Positions 7,922 through 15,871 are shown, numbered from the stretch's first letter. The stretch is DNA of 16,455 bases from an uncultured Candidatus Poseidoniales archaeon (GCA_964389655.1 CAYMED010000032.1:1-16455); one strand, 5' to 3'. A program made the numbers and translations. Notes: generated by a model from the letters alone, not told the origin.

Positions 7922-9364
7922 ATGGCGTTGGGGGCACTAGACTGGGGTGTCTTTCGTAGGAAGGAAGCATGGCAAGCCTTCGCCATATCAGTCGTTCTGT
8001 TTGCAGTAATCGCTTTTACTGCCCTCCATCTCTTTGGAATTTCAGGAAATCTCGGTGCACGAGGTGATCTGGAACCGGCTCTTGATTTTGAGGTTCAAAC
8101 ACTTAATCGAACTGGAATTGAGGAGGGTGTTGTGGGTCCAAATGGTACCTTCCGCCTTTCTGAACATCGGGGCGAAGTTGTGGTTATTGATTTCACCTCG
8201 ATCGAGTGCTTGAATTGCAAATTTATTGCCGCGCACATCAAGGAAAACCGAGCAGAATGGGCAGCATTAGAGGGTCCCCATAGAGTAACGATCATCTCGA
8301 TAGAGGCGTGGTATGCCCAGTATGGATTTACCGATGTCGAAGAGGTATTTGGCAATCCAGATGATTACCGGTACAAGCCATGGACGGTTGGTTATGGCTC
8401 AGATTCCTCTGTTTATTTGACAAATAACACTACTGCTGACATTGGATTTCACTACAAAGCCACAGCCCCTCCTGTCGTCTATGTAATTGATCATGAAGGG
8501 TGGATTGTGCACCGACATATAGGGTATGAGTTTGGAGAGGATTTCGCGGACCTTGACAATGCGATTATAGCAGCCAACAAGGGTGAGGCCCAAAATCTTA
8601 GGTTTGGCATTGGTTCAGCCGATGACTCAACATTTGGCCTCTTCGTACTGGGGCTCTTATTGGGTGTTCTCGTCTATTTCAGCCCTTGTGCATTTCCAGT
8701 TCTGCCGGGTTATATCTCCTATTATTTGGCATTAGGCACGCGAGAGGACGAACTAATTGAGGAGGGTAAACTGAAGGGCAGGATGCCGAGATCATTCGTG
8801 ATTGGTTTACTCGCAGGTTTGGGAATGCTGACATTTTTCCTAGTCATCGGCATAATTGTCTATACGATTGGGCGCTTCATTCCTTTAACAGGTATGCTGA
8901 CTTTCATATCCTATGCTATTGCAGTCCTACTAATCATACTGGGGGCTTTCATGCTTGTCGGGGGTACTGCGCATTTGATGGGTTTTGTCCAAAAGTGGAT
9001 CCAAAAGTGGCAGACTACAGAAACCGATGACCATTTCACACCGCGTAGAAACATGTATCTGTATGGGGTGGGGTATGCAGCAGCATCAATTGATTGTACT
9101 GCGGCAGCAGTTCTCCCTTTTTTAGCCGTAACAATGGCTCTCGGTACAAGTGCTACAATTGCGGGGATGAGTGGTTTGATGGTATCTGTTGTGTTCCTCA
9201 TGACTGCAGTGACTTCAATTGTTGGGGCAGGACGCGCAGCCTTTGTCGATTTTCTTCGCCATGCAACAGGCATCATCAAGCTAACTGGTGCATGGATGAT
9301 GATGTTCGCAGGTATTGGTCTGATCAGTTTCCTATCCTTGGGGCGACTTCAGTTGTCGACCTAG
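7922..9364 (+). CDS. Thioredoxin-like (TlpA/redoxin) domain fused to a CcdA/DsbD-type transmembrane electron transporter
   Basis: N-terminal TM helix, then FRLSEHRGEVVVIDFTSIECLNC...PVVYVIDHEG (redoxin). Then about 6 TM helices with FSPCAFPVLPGY and GYAAASIDCT, the two CcdA cysteines. Confidence 0.85.
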   Translation: MALGALDWGVFRRKEAWQAFAISVVLFAVIAFTALHLFGISGNLGARGDLEPALDFEVQTLNRTGIEEGVVGPNGTFRLSEHRGEVVVIDFTSIECLNCKFIAAHIKENRAEWAALEGPHRVTIISIEAWYAQYGFTDVEEVFGNPDDYRYKPWTVGYGSDSSVYLTNNTTADIGFHYKATAPPVVYVIDHEGWIVHRHIGYEFGEDFADLDNAIIAANKGEAQNLRFGIGSADDSTFGLFVLGLLLGVLVYFSPCAFPVLPGYISYYLALGTREDELIEEGKLKGRMPRSFVIGLLAGLGMLTFFLVIGIIVYTIGRFIPLTGMLTFISYAIAVLLIILGAFMLVGGTAHLMGFVQKWIQKWQTTETDDHFTPRRNMYLYGVGYAAASIDCTAAAVLPFLAVTMALGTSATIAGMSGLMVSVVFLMTAVTSIVGAGRAAFVDFLRHATGIIKLTGAWMMMFAGIGLISFLSLGRLQLST

Positions 9365-9370
9365 GTGTTG

Positions 9371-9799
9371 CTAATCCTCGGTTAATTCTACTAGAACACC
9401 ACCTGTGCTGCTTGGATGGACGAAAGCGATTCTAGAGCCATGTGCACCCATCTTTGGCCCCTCATCGATTAACCGAACACCATTGGCTAGCAGGTGTTCC
9501 AACATGGCATCTAAATTCTCTACTCGTAGGCAAAGTTGTTGGATTCCAGTGCCGCGCTTGTTGATAAATTTTCCAACTGGCGTGTGCTCACCCAACGGTT
9601 CTAAAATCTCTAATTTAGCAGGCCTCCCAGGTTCGTCTTCTGTTAAATCTAGGAATCGAATCTTCACACCCTGGTCGAAATTTTCGAGATCAGGTCCTGA
9701 ATTATCAAGTCCCAATAACTGCCAAAATGCCGAACCCGCATCGAGAGACGTTGCAGCAATCCCGATGTGGTCAATGCGAATAGGTCCAAGTTCAGACAT
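9371..9799 (-). CDS. mce: Methylmalonyl-CoA epimerase (VOC family)
   Basis: IDHIGIA, QGVKIRF, LEILEP, KFINKRGTGIQQLC and GAHGSRIAFVHPSSTGGVLVEL motifs. Lies 1 nt downstream of the mutase. Confidence 0.93.
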   Translation of the reverse strand: MSELGPIRIDHIGIAATSLDAGSAFWQLLGLDNSGPDLENFDQGVKIRFLDLTEDEPGRPAKLEILEPLGEHTPVGKFINKRGTGIQQLCLRVENLDAMLEHLLANGVRLIDEGPKMGAHGSRIAFVHPSSTGGVLVELTED

Positions 9800-9800
9800 G

Positions 9801-11393
9801 TTAAATCCCCGTGGGCGCCTCGTATGTCCCGAATTCGCTCTTCATTGCGTCAACGATTTCTCCAAGTGTTGCACGTGCACGTACGGCGGCAAGAATGGGT
9901 GGGAGAATATTCTCCTTGCCTCCTGCGGCCTTTGTCACTGCACCAAGTGTAACTTTGACCTCTTCTGAATCACGTTCTGAACACACTTCCTCGATCCTTT
10001 TGCCCTGAAGAGTTGCCACATTCGAGTCGATACTCTGGCTCTCAATTGGGTCCTTTTCTTCCATGAGTCCGTGATTCACTCCGATCACTTTCCGGCCACC
10101 CGCCTCTACGTCCATCAAATGCCGCCACGCCGAATCATGTATCATTTTTTGAGGGAAACCTGCTGAAATGGCACCAATTGCGCCTCCGTGGTCCTCGATT
10201 CGCTCAATAATCAACCGCGCTTCCTCCTCGATTTTCTGAGTGAGGTGTTCAACAAGAATAGATCCCGCCATTGGATCTACTGAATCAGCAACACCACTTT
10301 CTTCTGCTATGATCTGCTGGGTTCGAAGTGCAACTGTTGCTGCCTCTTCAGTTGGCAATCCGATCGCTTCATCATACGAATTTGTGTGCAAACTTTGAGT
10401 GCCCCCCAGAACTGCAGCAAGAGCCTGAATAGTAACTCTAGTGATGTTGTTGAGAGGCTGCTGGGCAGTCAGTGCAGCTCCAGCAACTTGCGTGTGAAAA
10501 CGCAGTCTAGTACTGTGGGGGTTAGCAGGGCTAAATCGAGAACTAACTAGGTCATGCCAAAGCTTACGTGCTGCCCTAAATTTGGAAATTTCTTCGAAAA
10601 AGTCGTTTTGTGCATTAAAGAAAAATGACAATCTCGGCGCAAAGTCGTCAATCGTCAATCCTGCTGCTATGCTTGCTTCGACATAAGCAAGGCCATTTGC
10701 AAGAGTTAAGCCCACTTCCTCAGGTGCTGTCGCTCCAGCTTCACGAATATGGTAGCCAGATATGCTAATTGGATTCCAATTTGGCATGTGTTTTGCACAC
10801 CACGAAATTGTGTCTGTGATCAAACGCATTGATGAGGATGGGCCAAAAATCCACGTTCCCCTTGCAATATATTCCTTCAAGATATCATTTTGTATTGTTC
10901 CGGACAACCTGTTTGTATCTACACCCATTTCTTCGGCAGTGACTACATACATTGCAAGAAGAATTGCTGCTGGTGCGTTAATGGTCATCGATGTAGATAC
11001 GGCATCCAGTGGGATTCCATCGAACAAGCGCTTCATGTCCTCTACAGTATCAATTGCAACTCCCACGCGCCCTACTTCTCCATCGGCAAGTGGGGCATTT
11101 GAATCCATTCCGATTTGAGTGGGAAGGTCAAATGCAACAGAAAGTCCCTTTTGCCCTCGCTCCAAGAGTGTCCGAAACCTCGTGTTTGTTGCTTCAGCGG
11201 ATGAAAATCCAGCATACTGTCGCATTGTCCACTTACGTCCGCGATACATTGTGCTATGGATCCCCCTTGTCCATGGGGGCTGACCCGGGAGCCCAATTAA
11301 GTCCGGATTTGCACCAATTTCAGTTAACCCCTCAAAACTTGCCAAGTCGGGAAGGGGTATGCCAGAGAGGGTTTCGCGTATTTCCTCATCCAT
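9801..11393 (-). CDS. mcmA: Methylmalonyl-CoA mutase, substrate-binding (large) subunit; no B12-binding domain
   Basis: WTMRQYAGF, GLSVAFDLPT, STSMTINA, GTIQNDILKEYIARGT, ISISGYHIREAG, KFRAAR and GGTQSLHTNSYDEA motifs. Tyr in RQYAGF and Arg in ARG indicate methylmalonyl-CoA rather than isobutyryl-CoA specificity. Confidence 0.93.
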   Translation of the reverse strand: MDEEIRETLSGIPLPDLASFEGLTEIGANPDLIGLPGQPPWTRGIHSTMYRGRKWTMRQYAGFSSAEATNTRFRTLLERGQKGLSVAFDLPTQIGMDSNAPLADGEVGRVGVAIDTVEDMKRLFDGIPLDAVSTSMTINAPAAILLAMYVVTAEEMGVDTNRLSGTIQNDILKEYIARGTWIFGPSSSMRLITDTISWCAKHMPNWNPISISGYHIREAGATAPEEVGLTLANGLAYVEASIAAGLTIDDFAPRLSFFFNAQNDFFEEISKFRAARKLWHDLVSSRFSPANPHSTRLRFHTQVAGAALTAQQPLNNITRVTIQALAAVLGGTQSLHTNSYDEAIGLPTEEAATVALRTQQIIAEESGVADSVDPMAGSILVEHLTQKIEEEARLIIERIEDHGGAIGAISAGFPQKMIHDSAWRHLMDVEAGGRKVIGVNHGLMEEKDPIESQSIDSNVATLQGKRIEEVCSERDSEEVKVTLGAVTKAAGGKENILPPILAAVRARATLGEIVDAMKSEFGTYEAPTGI

Positions 11394-11397
11394 GCAA

Positions 11398-11808
11398 TTA
11401 TCCCTCTACAACGTCAATATGTGCTTCAATATCGATGCCCGCCAATGGGTGGTTGAAATCGGCTAGTATGTGCTCTTCGTCAATCGACTTGACTACAAAT
11501 GCACGCTCCTCTCCGCCAAGGTCAGCAACCATAATGTCCCCTATCTGCGGATTGAACGGACTATGTAAATCAGACCGGCTTAATTGCACAATTGCCTCTG
11601 GACGATGTACGCCAAAAGCCTCCACCGCGGGTATTGTTATCTGCATGGCCTCTTTCACACCACCCGTGGCTAAAAGTGATTCAACAGGAGGGAATATCTG
11701 TCCCTTCCCAATTTCTATTCGCATGGGCTCGCCATCCGCAGTGGAATCGAGTAACTCCCCTGTTGATGCATTGAATATGCGAAGGTGGAAGGTTACTTCC
11801 TTCTCCAC
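11398..11808 (-). CDS. SlyD/SlpA-like FKBP-type peptidyl-prolyl isomerase/chaperone (no His-rich tail)
   Basis: GELLDST, IGKGQI, IPAVEAFG, an insert-in-flap domain and DFNHPLAG. Confidence 0.85.
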   Translation of the reverse strand: MEKEVTFHLRIFNASTGELLDSTADGEPMRIEIGKGQIFPPVESLLATGGVKEAMQITIPAVEAFGVHRPEAIVQLSRSDLHSPFNPQIGDIMVADLGGEERAFVVKSIDEEHILADFNHPLAGIDIEAHIDVVEG

Positions 11809-11817
11809 GAATTTCCC

Positions 11818-12663
11818 TCATCTCTTAGTGGCGAATTTCTTCAGGATGCGCTTCAGGGATGTGCCTGTATCAGCGCCCATGACTCCATCCTGGACTTTTT
11901 CATCAATGAACTTTCTAGCATCCTTGACCCCAATCCTCTCACCCTTAGCCCAAATCGAGCCAAGTAAATTTGCATGGTGTTCCTCCTGCACATCCGATGT
12001 TGCAAGAATTGAACGAAATTCTACCTTGAATTCTAAGTAATATTGGCGGTTCAACTTGATTTCTTTGACTTGAGGCGGGCGTCTTGTCGATCGGACTCTC
12101 TGATTATTTCGGCCAGTTCTCCTACGCGTGCGAGTTGTCTCAGCACCGTCAGTCTCCTTTTTTCTAGCAGTGCGCTGGAATACATTAACTGGAACCGTAC
12201 CAACCCCAGCAGTTCCAGCCTGTTCATTAGGGCGAGATGTGACGGCAGGCTGCAATTCGCCTTGCGGTTCCATTTTCGCCCCACCTGCTGCAGATTTCAG
12301 ATTTCTCTCTTTCGCCCCCTTGCGCGCAAGCGCTAGGAGGTCATCACGACTCATCTCTCCTGGCCGACCCCCCATTGTGCTGAGTCGGGGCCTCTCTTCA
12401 GATGAACGTCGAAGGCGACTTGGCCTTCGTTCATTCCCCTCTACTTGGGGTGCACGCGGTTGTGATCGTTTCAGTTCAACTTCAGGTTTTTTCTTTGACT
12501 CAGATTCCTTCTTGCGACTTGGTTTTGGGACACCTTTCGCTAGTTTCGGCTTTGCAGCACCTTGCCTACCCCGTCCACGGCGAACATCCTTCCCTTTTTG
12601 CGGTGGAGGGGGTTGGGCCGAACGGTTGCGGAGAAATGGATTTGGAGGTTCTTCTGCGCCCAC
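11818..12663 (-). CDS. Hypothetical protein: Arg/Lys/Pro-rich disordered N-terminus plus a helical C-terminal domain of about 80 aa
   Basis: Long ORF packed 12 nt after kae1 and 9 nt before the FKBP gene. GGTGA RBS precedes GTG 12663. Confidence 0.8.
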   Translation of the reverse strand: MGAEEPPNPFLRNRSAQPPPPQKGKDVRRGRGRQGAAKPKLAKGVPKPSRKKESESKKKPEVELKRSQPRAPQVEGNERRPSRLRRSSEERPRLSTMGGRPGEMSRDDLLALARKGAKERNLKSAAGGAKMEPQGELQPAVTSRPNEQAGTAGVGTVPVNVFQRTARKKETDGAETTRTRRRTGRNNQRVRSTRRPPQVKEIKLNRQYYLEFKVEFRSILATSDVQEEHHANLLGSIWAKGERIGVKDARKFIDEKVQDGVMGADTGTSLKRILKKFATKR

Positions 12664-12675
12664 TCGCTCACCTGA

Positions 12676-13701
12676 TCAGACGGCCTCAATAGGCCATGGT
12701 AACGGGGTCTCGTCTGTGCGGAGTTCTTGAATGATCGCACTCGAGAGAATGGGGGTTGTTTCTCCATACTCTAGGTGTCGTTGCCCTAAAAGAGCGATCA
12801 TTGTGCCATTGTCCACACAATACTGCTTTGGTGGGGCATGTGCTGTACCTCCACGTTCAAGTGCCATCTGATCGGCCATCTCGCGTAACCTTGCATTACA
12901 GGCTACACCACCACCGAGCAAGAGGTTGGCTTTCCCAGCATGTGCCATCGCCCGTTCAGCAACTTCAATACACGCTGCAAAAGCATGTTCTTGAATTGAC
13001 CAAGCCACTCCCTCAAGCGGCCTTCCCATCGATAATAGCCGTTCTGCGGAAGTCATTATTCCGCTAAATGCCAGATCCATCCCATGAACCGGATATGGGA
13101 GCTCAAAGTCGCTGATATCAGCCTCCGGGTTATTGGAAGTCCACGCGTCTGCCAGTGTCTCGATTTTTGGACCCCCTGGGAATGGAATTCCCTGATTACG
13201 GGCAAATTTATCCAGCATGTTTCCGATTCCGATATCGAGTGTTTCACCCAACACCCTATATCTTCCCGACAAGCGAGCAATCACCTGCGTATTGCCCCCT
13301 GAAACATAGAGTAGCACGGGGTCTTGGACGTTGCATAATCGGCGCCCAATTTCAATGTGGGCGACGCAGTGATTAACTCCAATCAGGGGGACCCCTAATT
13401 CACTCGAAAGTGCGCGCGAAACCATTGCACCTACACGAAGGCAGGGTGCCATTCCAGGTCCCTGGCTGAATGCAATGGCGACAATAGGCTCATCAATGGG
13501 TTCACTGCCTTCATGTAACTCCTCAAGTAACTTACCAGCTACGCTTGCATGATGGTCGGCTGCCTCACGTGGGTGTATCCCCCCTTCTAATGGCCGAACA
13601 GCAGATGATACAGAGCGCCTAGGCACCCCTTTTTGATCAACCCAGCCAATTGAAAACGTATGGGCTGTCGATTCGATCCCAAGCACTGCCCCTTGCTCCA
13701 T
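12676..13701 (-). CDS. kae1: tRNA N6-adenosine threonylcarbamoyltransferase Kae1 (KEOPS), not fused to Bud32
   Basis: VLGIESTAHT, GGIHPREAADHH, FSQGPG, VNHCVAHIE, LYVSGGNTQ, GETLDIGIGN and DNGTMIA motifs. Start moved to ATG 13701 to avoid overlap with hutI (13725 and 13731 are alternatives). Confidence 0.95.
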   Translation of the reverse strand: MEQGAVLGIESTAHTFSIGWVDQKGVPRRSVSSAVRPLEGGIHPREAADHHASVAGKLLEELHEGSEPIDEPIVAIAFSQGPGMAPCLRVGAMVSRALSSELGVPLIGVNHCVAHIEIGRRLCNVQDPVLLYVSGGNTQVIARLSGRYRVLGETLDIGIGNMLDKFARNQGIPFPGGPKIETLADAWTSNNPEADISDFELPYPVHGMDLAFSGIMTSAERLLSMGRPLEGVAWSIQEHAFAACIEVAERAMAHAGKANLLLGGGVACNARLREMADQMALERGGTAHAPPKQYCVDNGTMIALLGQRHLEYGETTPILSSAIIQELRTDETPLPWPIEAV

Positions 13702-13755
13702 CACGTTAGTTGGGCGAAAGGCCATACTCATATGCCCTGCGCCTTTCCACGACTC

Positions 13756-15069
13756 GTGAAGCAGCTCTGGGTCGACTGCGGACCCGTTGTACATCTCTCG
13801 GGATTGCAGGAAGGGGTATTGCACGCGGGACTGGCAGAGCGCGGAACAAACATTTCGGGTGCGGGTGAGTGGGCCCTCGCCTTTGAAGATGGAATGATCA
13901 TAGAATCCGGGCCTCTCGATGATGTGGTTGAGAATGTTCTCGGTGATGCTTATTTACCGAGATATGGCTCTCGAATTGATCTGATTGGGGATTGCGAAAT
14001 TCGTCGTCTTGAGGGTAGCGCAGTAATGCCGGGTTTGGTCGATTCACACACCCACCTTGTGTGGGCTGGTGACCGTTCAAGGGAAGTTTCCATGCGGCAT
14101 GCTGGGATGACGTATTCTGAAATCGCTAGTGCAGGTGGCGGCATACATTCCACCGTAGGTGCAACGAGGTCGGCGAAATATGCCGATTTGGTTCGCGAAG
14201 CCCAAAGGCGCTTGGCTGTGATGGGCCAACATGGAACTTGCGTTGTCGAGGCAAAAAGTGGCTACGGGTTGGATGTGGAATCAGAACTGAGTTTGCTGTC
14301 AGGAATTCATGAGGCTTCTGAACACACCCCACAAGAAATTCATGCGACATGGTTGGGTGCTCATGATCTCCCGCCAAGCGAATCAGACCGACCACGTGAT
14401 TTGCAGCGGAAGGAGTATGTAGATCACTTAATTTCTGAACAACTGCCCGCCGTTCTTGAGCAAGGAATCGCTTCTTCTCTTGACGTGTTTTGTGAACCAG
14501 GGTGGTTCGATTTAGAGGATACTGAGATGATTTCGCGGGCAGGTCTCAGAAGTGGTTTGAATCTGAGGTTACACGTGGATGAATTTTGTGACGGTGGTGG
14601 TGCAGGCCTAGCAGCAGAATTGGGGGCCAATTCAGCAGATCATGCACACCATTCATCGTTGGAGTCTCGCGCATCCTGTCAAGAAAGTGGAGTTTTGCAA
14701 ACTTTTCTTCCAGGTACTCCACATGTGCTGGGAGAAATGTCCCTGCCTCCTGCATCTACATGTTCAGAAAACAGATGGGCATGGGGTTTAGCAACTGATT
14801 ATAATCCAAACTGCAGGATTAAGTCTCTGGCATTCATTGCGAGTTTAGCGGTACAGAGAATGGGGGTCGATCCACTTAATGCCGCAATAGCATGTACTCA
14901 TAATCCAGCGACATCGCTAGCGTCAGGGAGTGGGAGACTGGTTCCTGGAATGCGAGCAGATGTTGCCGTAATTAGGGGCCCGCATTGGGAATTGTTTTCA
15001 CAGACCCCTGGGACCTCACCTTTCGAATTGGTGATGGCAGGCGGGTCAATCATACATGAGAGGGGGTAA
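13756..15069 (+). CDS. hutI: Imidazolonepropionase
   Basis: PGLVDSHTHLVWAGDR, GMTYSEIASAGGGIxSTVxATR, EAKSGYGL, TWLGAH, DVFCE, SADH and ATDYNP motifs. Start is probably GTG 13756 (ATG 13732 is an alternative). Confidence 0.92.
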   Translation: MKQLWVDCGPVVHLSGLQEGVLHAGLAERGTNISGAGEWALAFEDGMIIESGPLDDVVENVLGDAYLPRYGSRIDLIGDCEIRRLEGSAVMPGLVDSHTHLVWAGDRSREVSMRHAGMTYSEIASAGGGIHSTVGATRSAKYADLVREAQRRLAVMGQHGTCVVEAKSGYGLDVESELSLLSGIHEASEHTPQEIHATWLGAHDLPPSESDRPRDLQRKEYVDHLISEQLPAVLEQGIASSLDVFCEPGWFDLEDTEMISRAGLRSGLNLRLHVDEFCDGGGAGLAAELGANSADHAHHSSLESRASCQESGVLQTFLPGTPHVLGEMSLPPASTCSENRWAWGLATDYNPNCRIKSLAFIASLAVQRMGVDPLNAAIACTHNPATSLASGSGRLVPGMRADVAVIRGPHWELFSQTPGTSPFELVMAGGSIIHERG

Positions 15070-15130
15070 TTAATTTGATATTGTCGCTAATCCCTAAAGA
15101 AACAATCCCCGATTTATTAGGTGATATTCA

Positions 15131-15451
15131 ATGATTGTTGAAATTGTTGTCTGCACGGCTCGGATGGGGTCGGAAGTTCGTTTGCGTCGACTTTTAGAGA
15201 CCCGGGCAAAATACCGGGGGACACTAAAGGGTTGTTTGTCATCGGTGGTTGGAGAGGCCATTGATGGCACATCTGTCTTGCTTAGCCATTCCATCTTTTC
15301 AGATGAAGAGGCTTGGTCTGGTAGCAGTGAACGCGTCCAGAAAAGATATGATGCAAGGGATGGGGGTCTAGAGGCATGTATGTCGGGGCCAGCACTTGTG
15401 GGTGTCTTCGAAATGCCTGATTTACTCCATAATTCGGGTGATGTCGCATAA
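15131..15451 (+). CDS. Antibiotic-biosynthesis-monooxygenase-like (dimeric alpha-beta barrel) small protein
   Basis: GGTGA RBS at 15120-15124. Size and pattern (MIVEIV..ARxG.E....L......GCLS...G...S.F.DEEAW) resemble the ABM family. Confidence 0.65.
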   Translation: MIVEIVVCTARMGSEVRLRRLLETRAKYRGTLKGCLSSVVGEAIDGTSVLLSHSIFSDEEAWSGSSERVQKRYDARDGGLEACMSGPALVGVFEMPDLLHNSGDVA

Positions 15452-15470
15452 TCAGGGTTATGCGACATCA
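15439..15470. other. Perfect 13-6-13 inverted repeat; candidate dif-like tyrosine-recombinase (XerA) site
   Basis: TGATGTCGCATAA-TCAGGG-TTATGCGACATCA. The arms are exact reverse complements, the spacer is 6 bp and asymmetric, and the inner boundaries are CATAA/TTATG as in E. coli dif. Confidence 0.7.
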
Positions 15471-15572
15471 GGAGAAAAACATCTTTCCCCTAGGCATAAT
15501 CGCTGTGCTGCGCACTCATTGCTACAGAAAACCAGGTATTTTCCCCGTTGAAGGTAGGGGTGACCGGAGATA

Positions 15573-15597
15573 TTCACAGAACTTGCGCTTTTGTGAA
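15573..15597 (-). terminator. Possible stem-loop just downstream of tRNA-Val
   Basis: Minus strand TTCACAAAA-GCGCAAG-TTCTGTGAA (8 of 9 pairs), starting about 6 nt after the tRNA discriminator base. Confidence 0.3.
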
Positions 15598-15603
15598 GGG
15601 TAA

Positions 15604-15676
15604 TGGGCTCGGCAGGAATTGAACCTGCGATCTCCGCCATGTCAAGGCGACGTCATAACCCCTAGACCACGAGCCC
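15604..15676 (-). tRNA. tRNA-Val (GAC), intron-less, CCA not encoded
   Basis: GGGCTCG TG GTCTAGGGGTTATGAC G TCGCC TT GAC AT GGCGG AGATC GCAGG TTCAATT CCTGC CGAGCCC A forms a full cloverleaf. Confidence 0.97.
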
Positions 15677-15715
15677 TGAATGCGGCAATGACCTGGGCTA
15701 TTTGGATGATTCGAC

Positions 15716-15871
15716 TTATCCAATGATCTTGGAGATTTTGCCATTGCACCCTGTTTCGGAGCATGAACCAGCTATTCTCGGACGGCCATTCGACATCATC
15801 AGCTTTTTTGGGTCCTTGATTAGGCCGTATGTTTTGCACTTTAGGCAGTATCCATTCCATTTTTCTGTCAT
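15716..15871 (-). CDS. Small basic zinc-ribbon protein, DUF5679-like (51 aa)
   Basis: Below the ORF-track cutoff. MTEKWNGYCLKCKTYGLIKDPKKLMMSNGRPRIAGSCSETGCNGKISKIIG shows the YCxKC...KDP...NGRP...GxC...C pattern. GGTGA RBS at 15876-15880. Confidence 0.85.
   Translation of the reverse strand: MTEKWNGYCLKCKTYGLIKDPKKLMMSNGRPRIAGSCSETGCNGKISKIIG

Noticed and set aside
11009-12040. 343-aa plus-strand ORF (also 12128..12730, 9405..9968, 6340..6822 and similar)
   Set aside because: Antisense to well-supported or better-supported genes, with no recognisable motifs.
13660-13824. Apparent 165-nt head-to-head overlap of kae1 and hutI
   Set aside because: An artefact of longest-ORF starts; homologous sequence begins near 13701 and 13756.
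15439-15470. Reading the inverted repeat as a bidirectional intrinsic terminator
   Set aside because: Not excluded, since it sits between convergent transcripts. However, there is no U-tract on either side, archaeal termination mostly uses oligo-T, and the arm sequence and 6-bp spacing fit dif better.
15489-15516. Degenerate second dif-like copy CCTAGGCATAA-TCGCTG-TGCTGCGCACT, 48 bp from the main site
   Set aside because: Only 15/28 identity by eye, lacks the inner TTA of the right arm and has no arm symmetry; compatible with chance.
15458-15640. 60-aa ORF ending in DVA*, like the ABM gene
   Set aside because: It begins inside the tRNA, and the shared ending is just a consequence of the inverted repeat.
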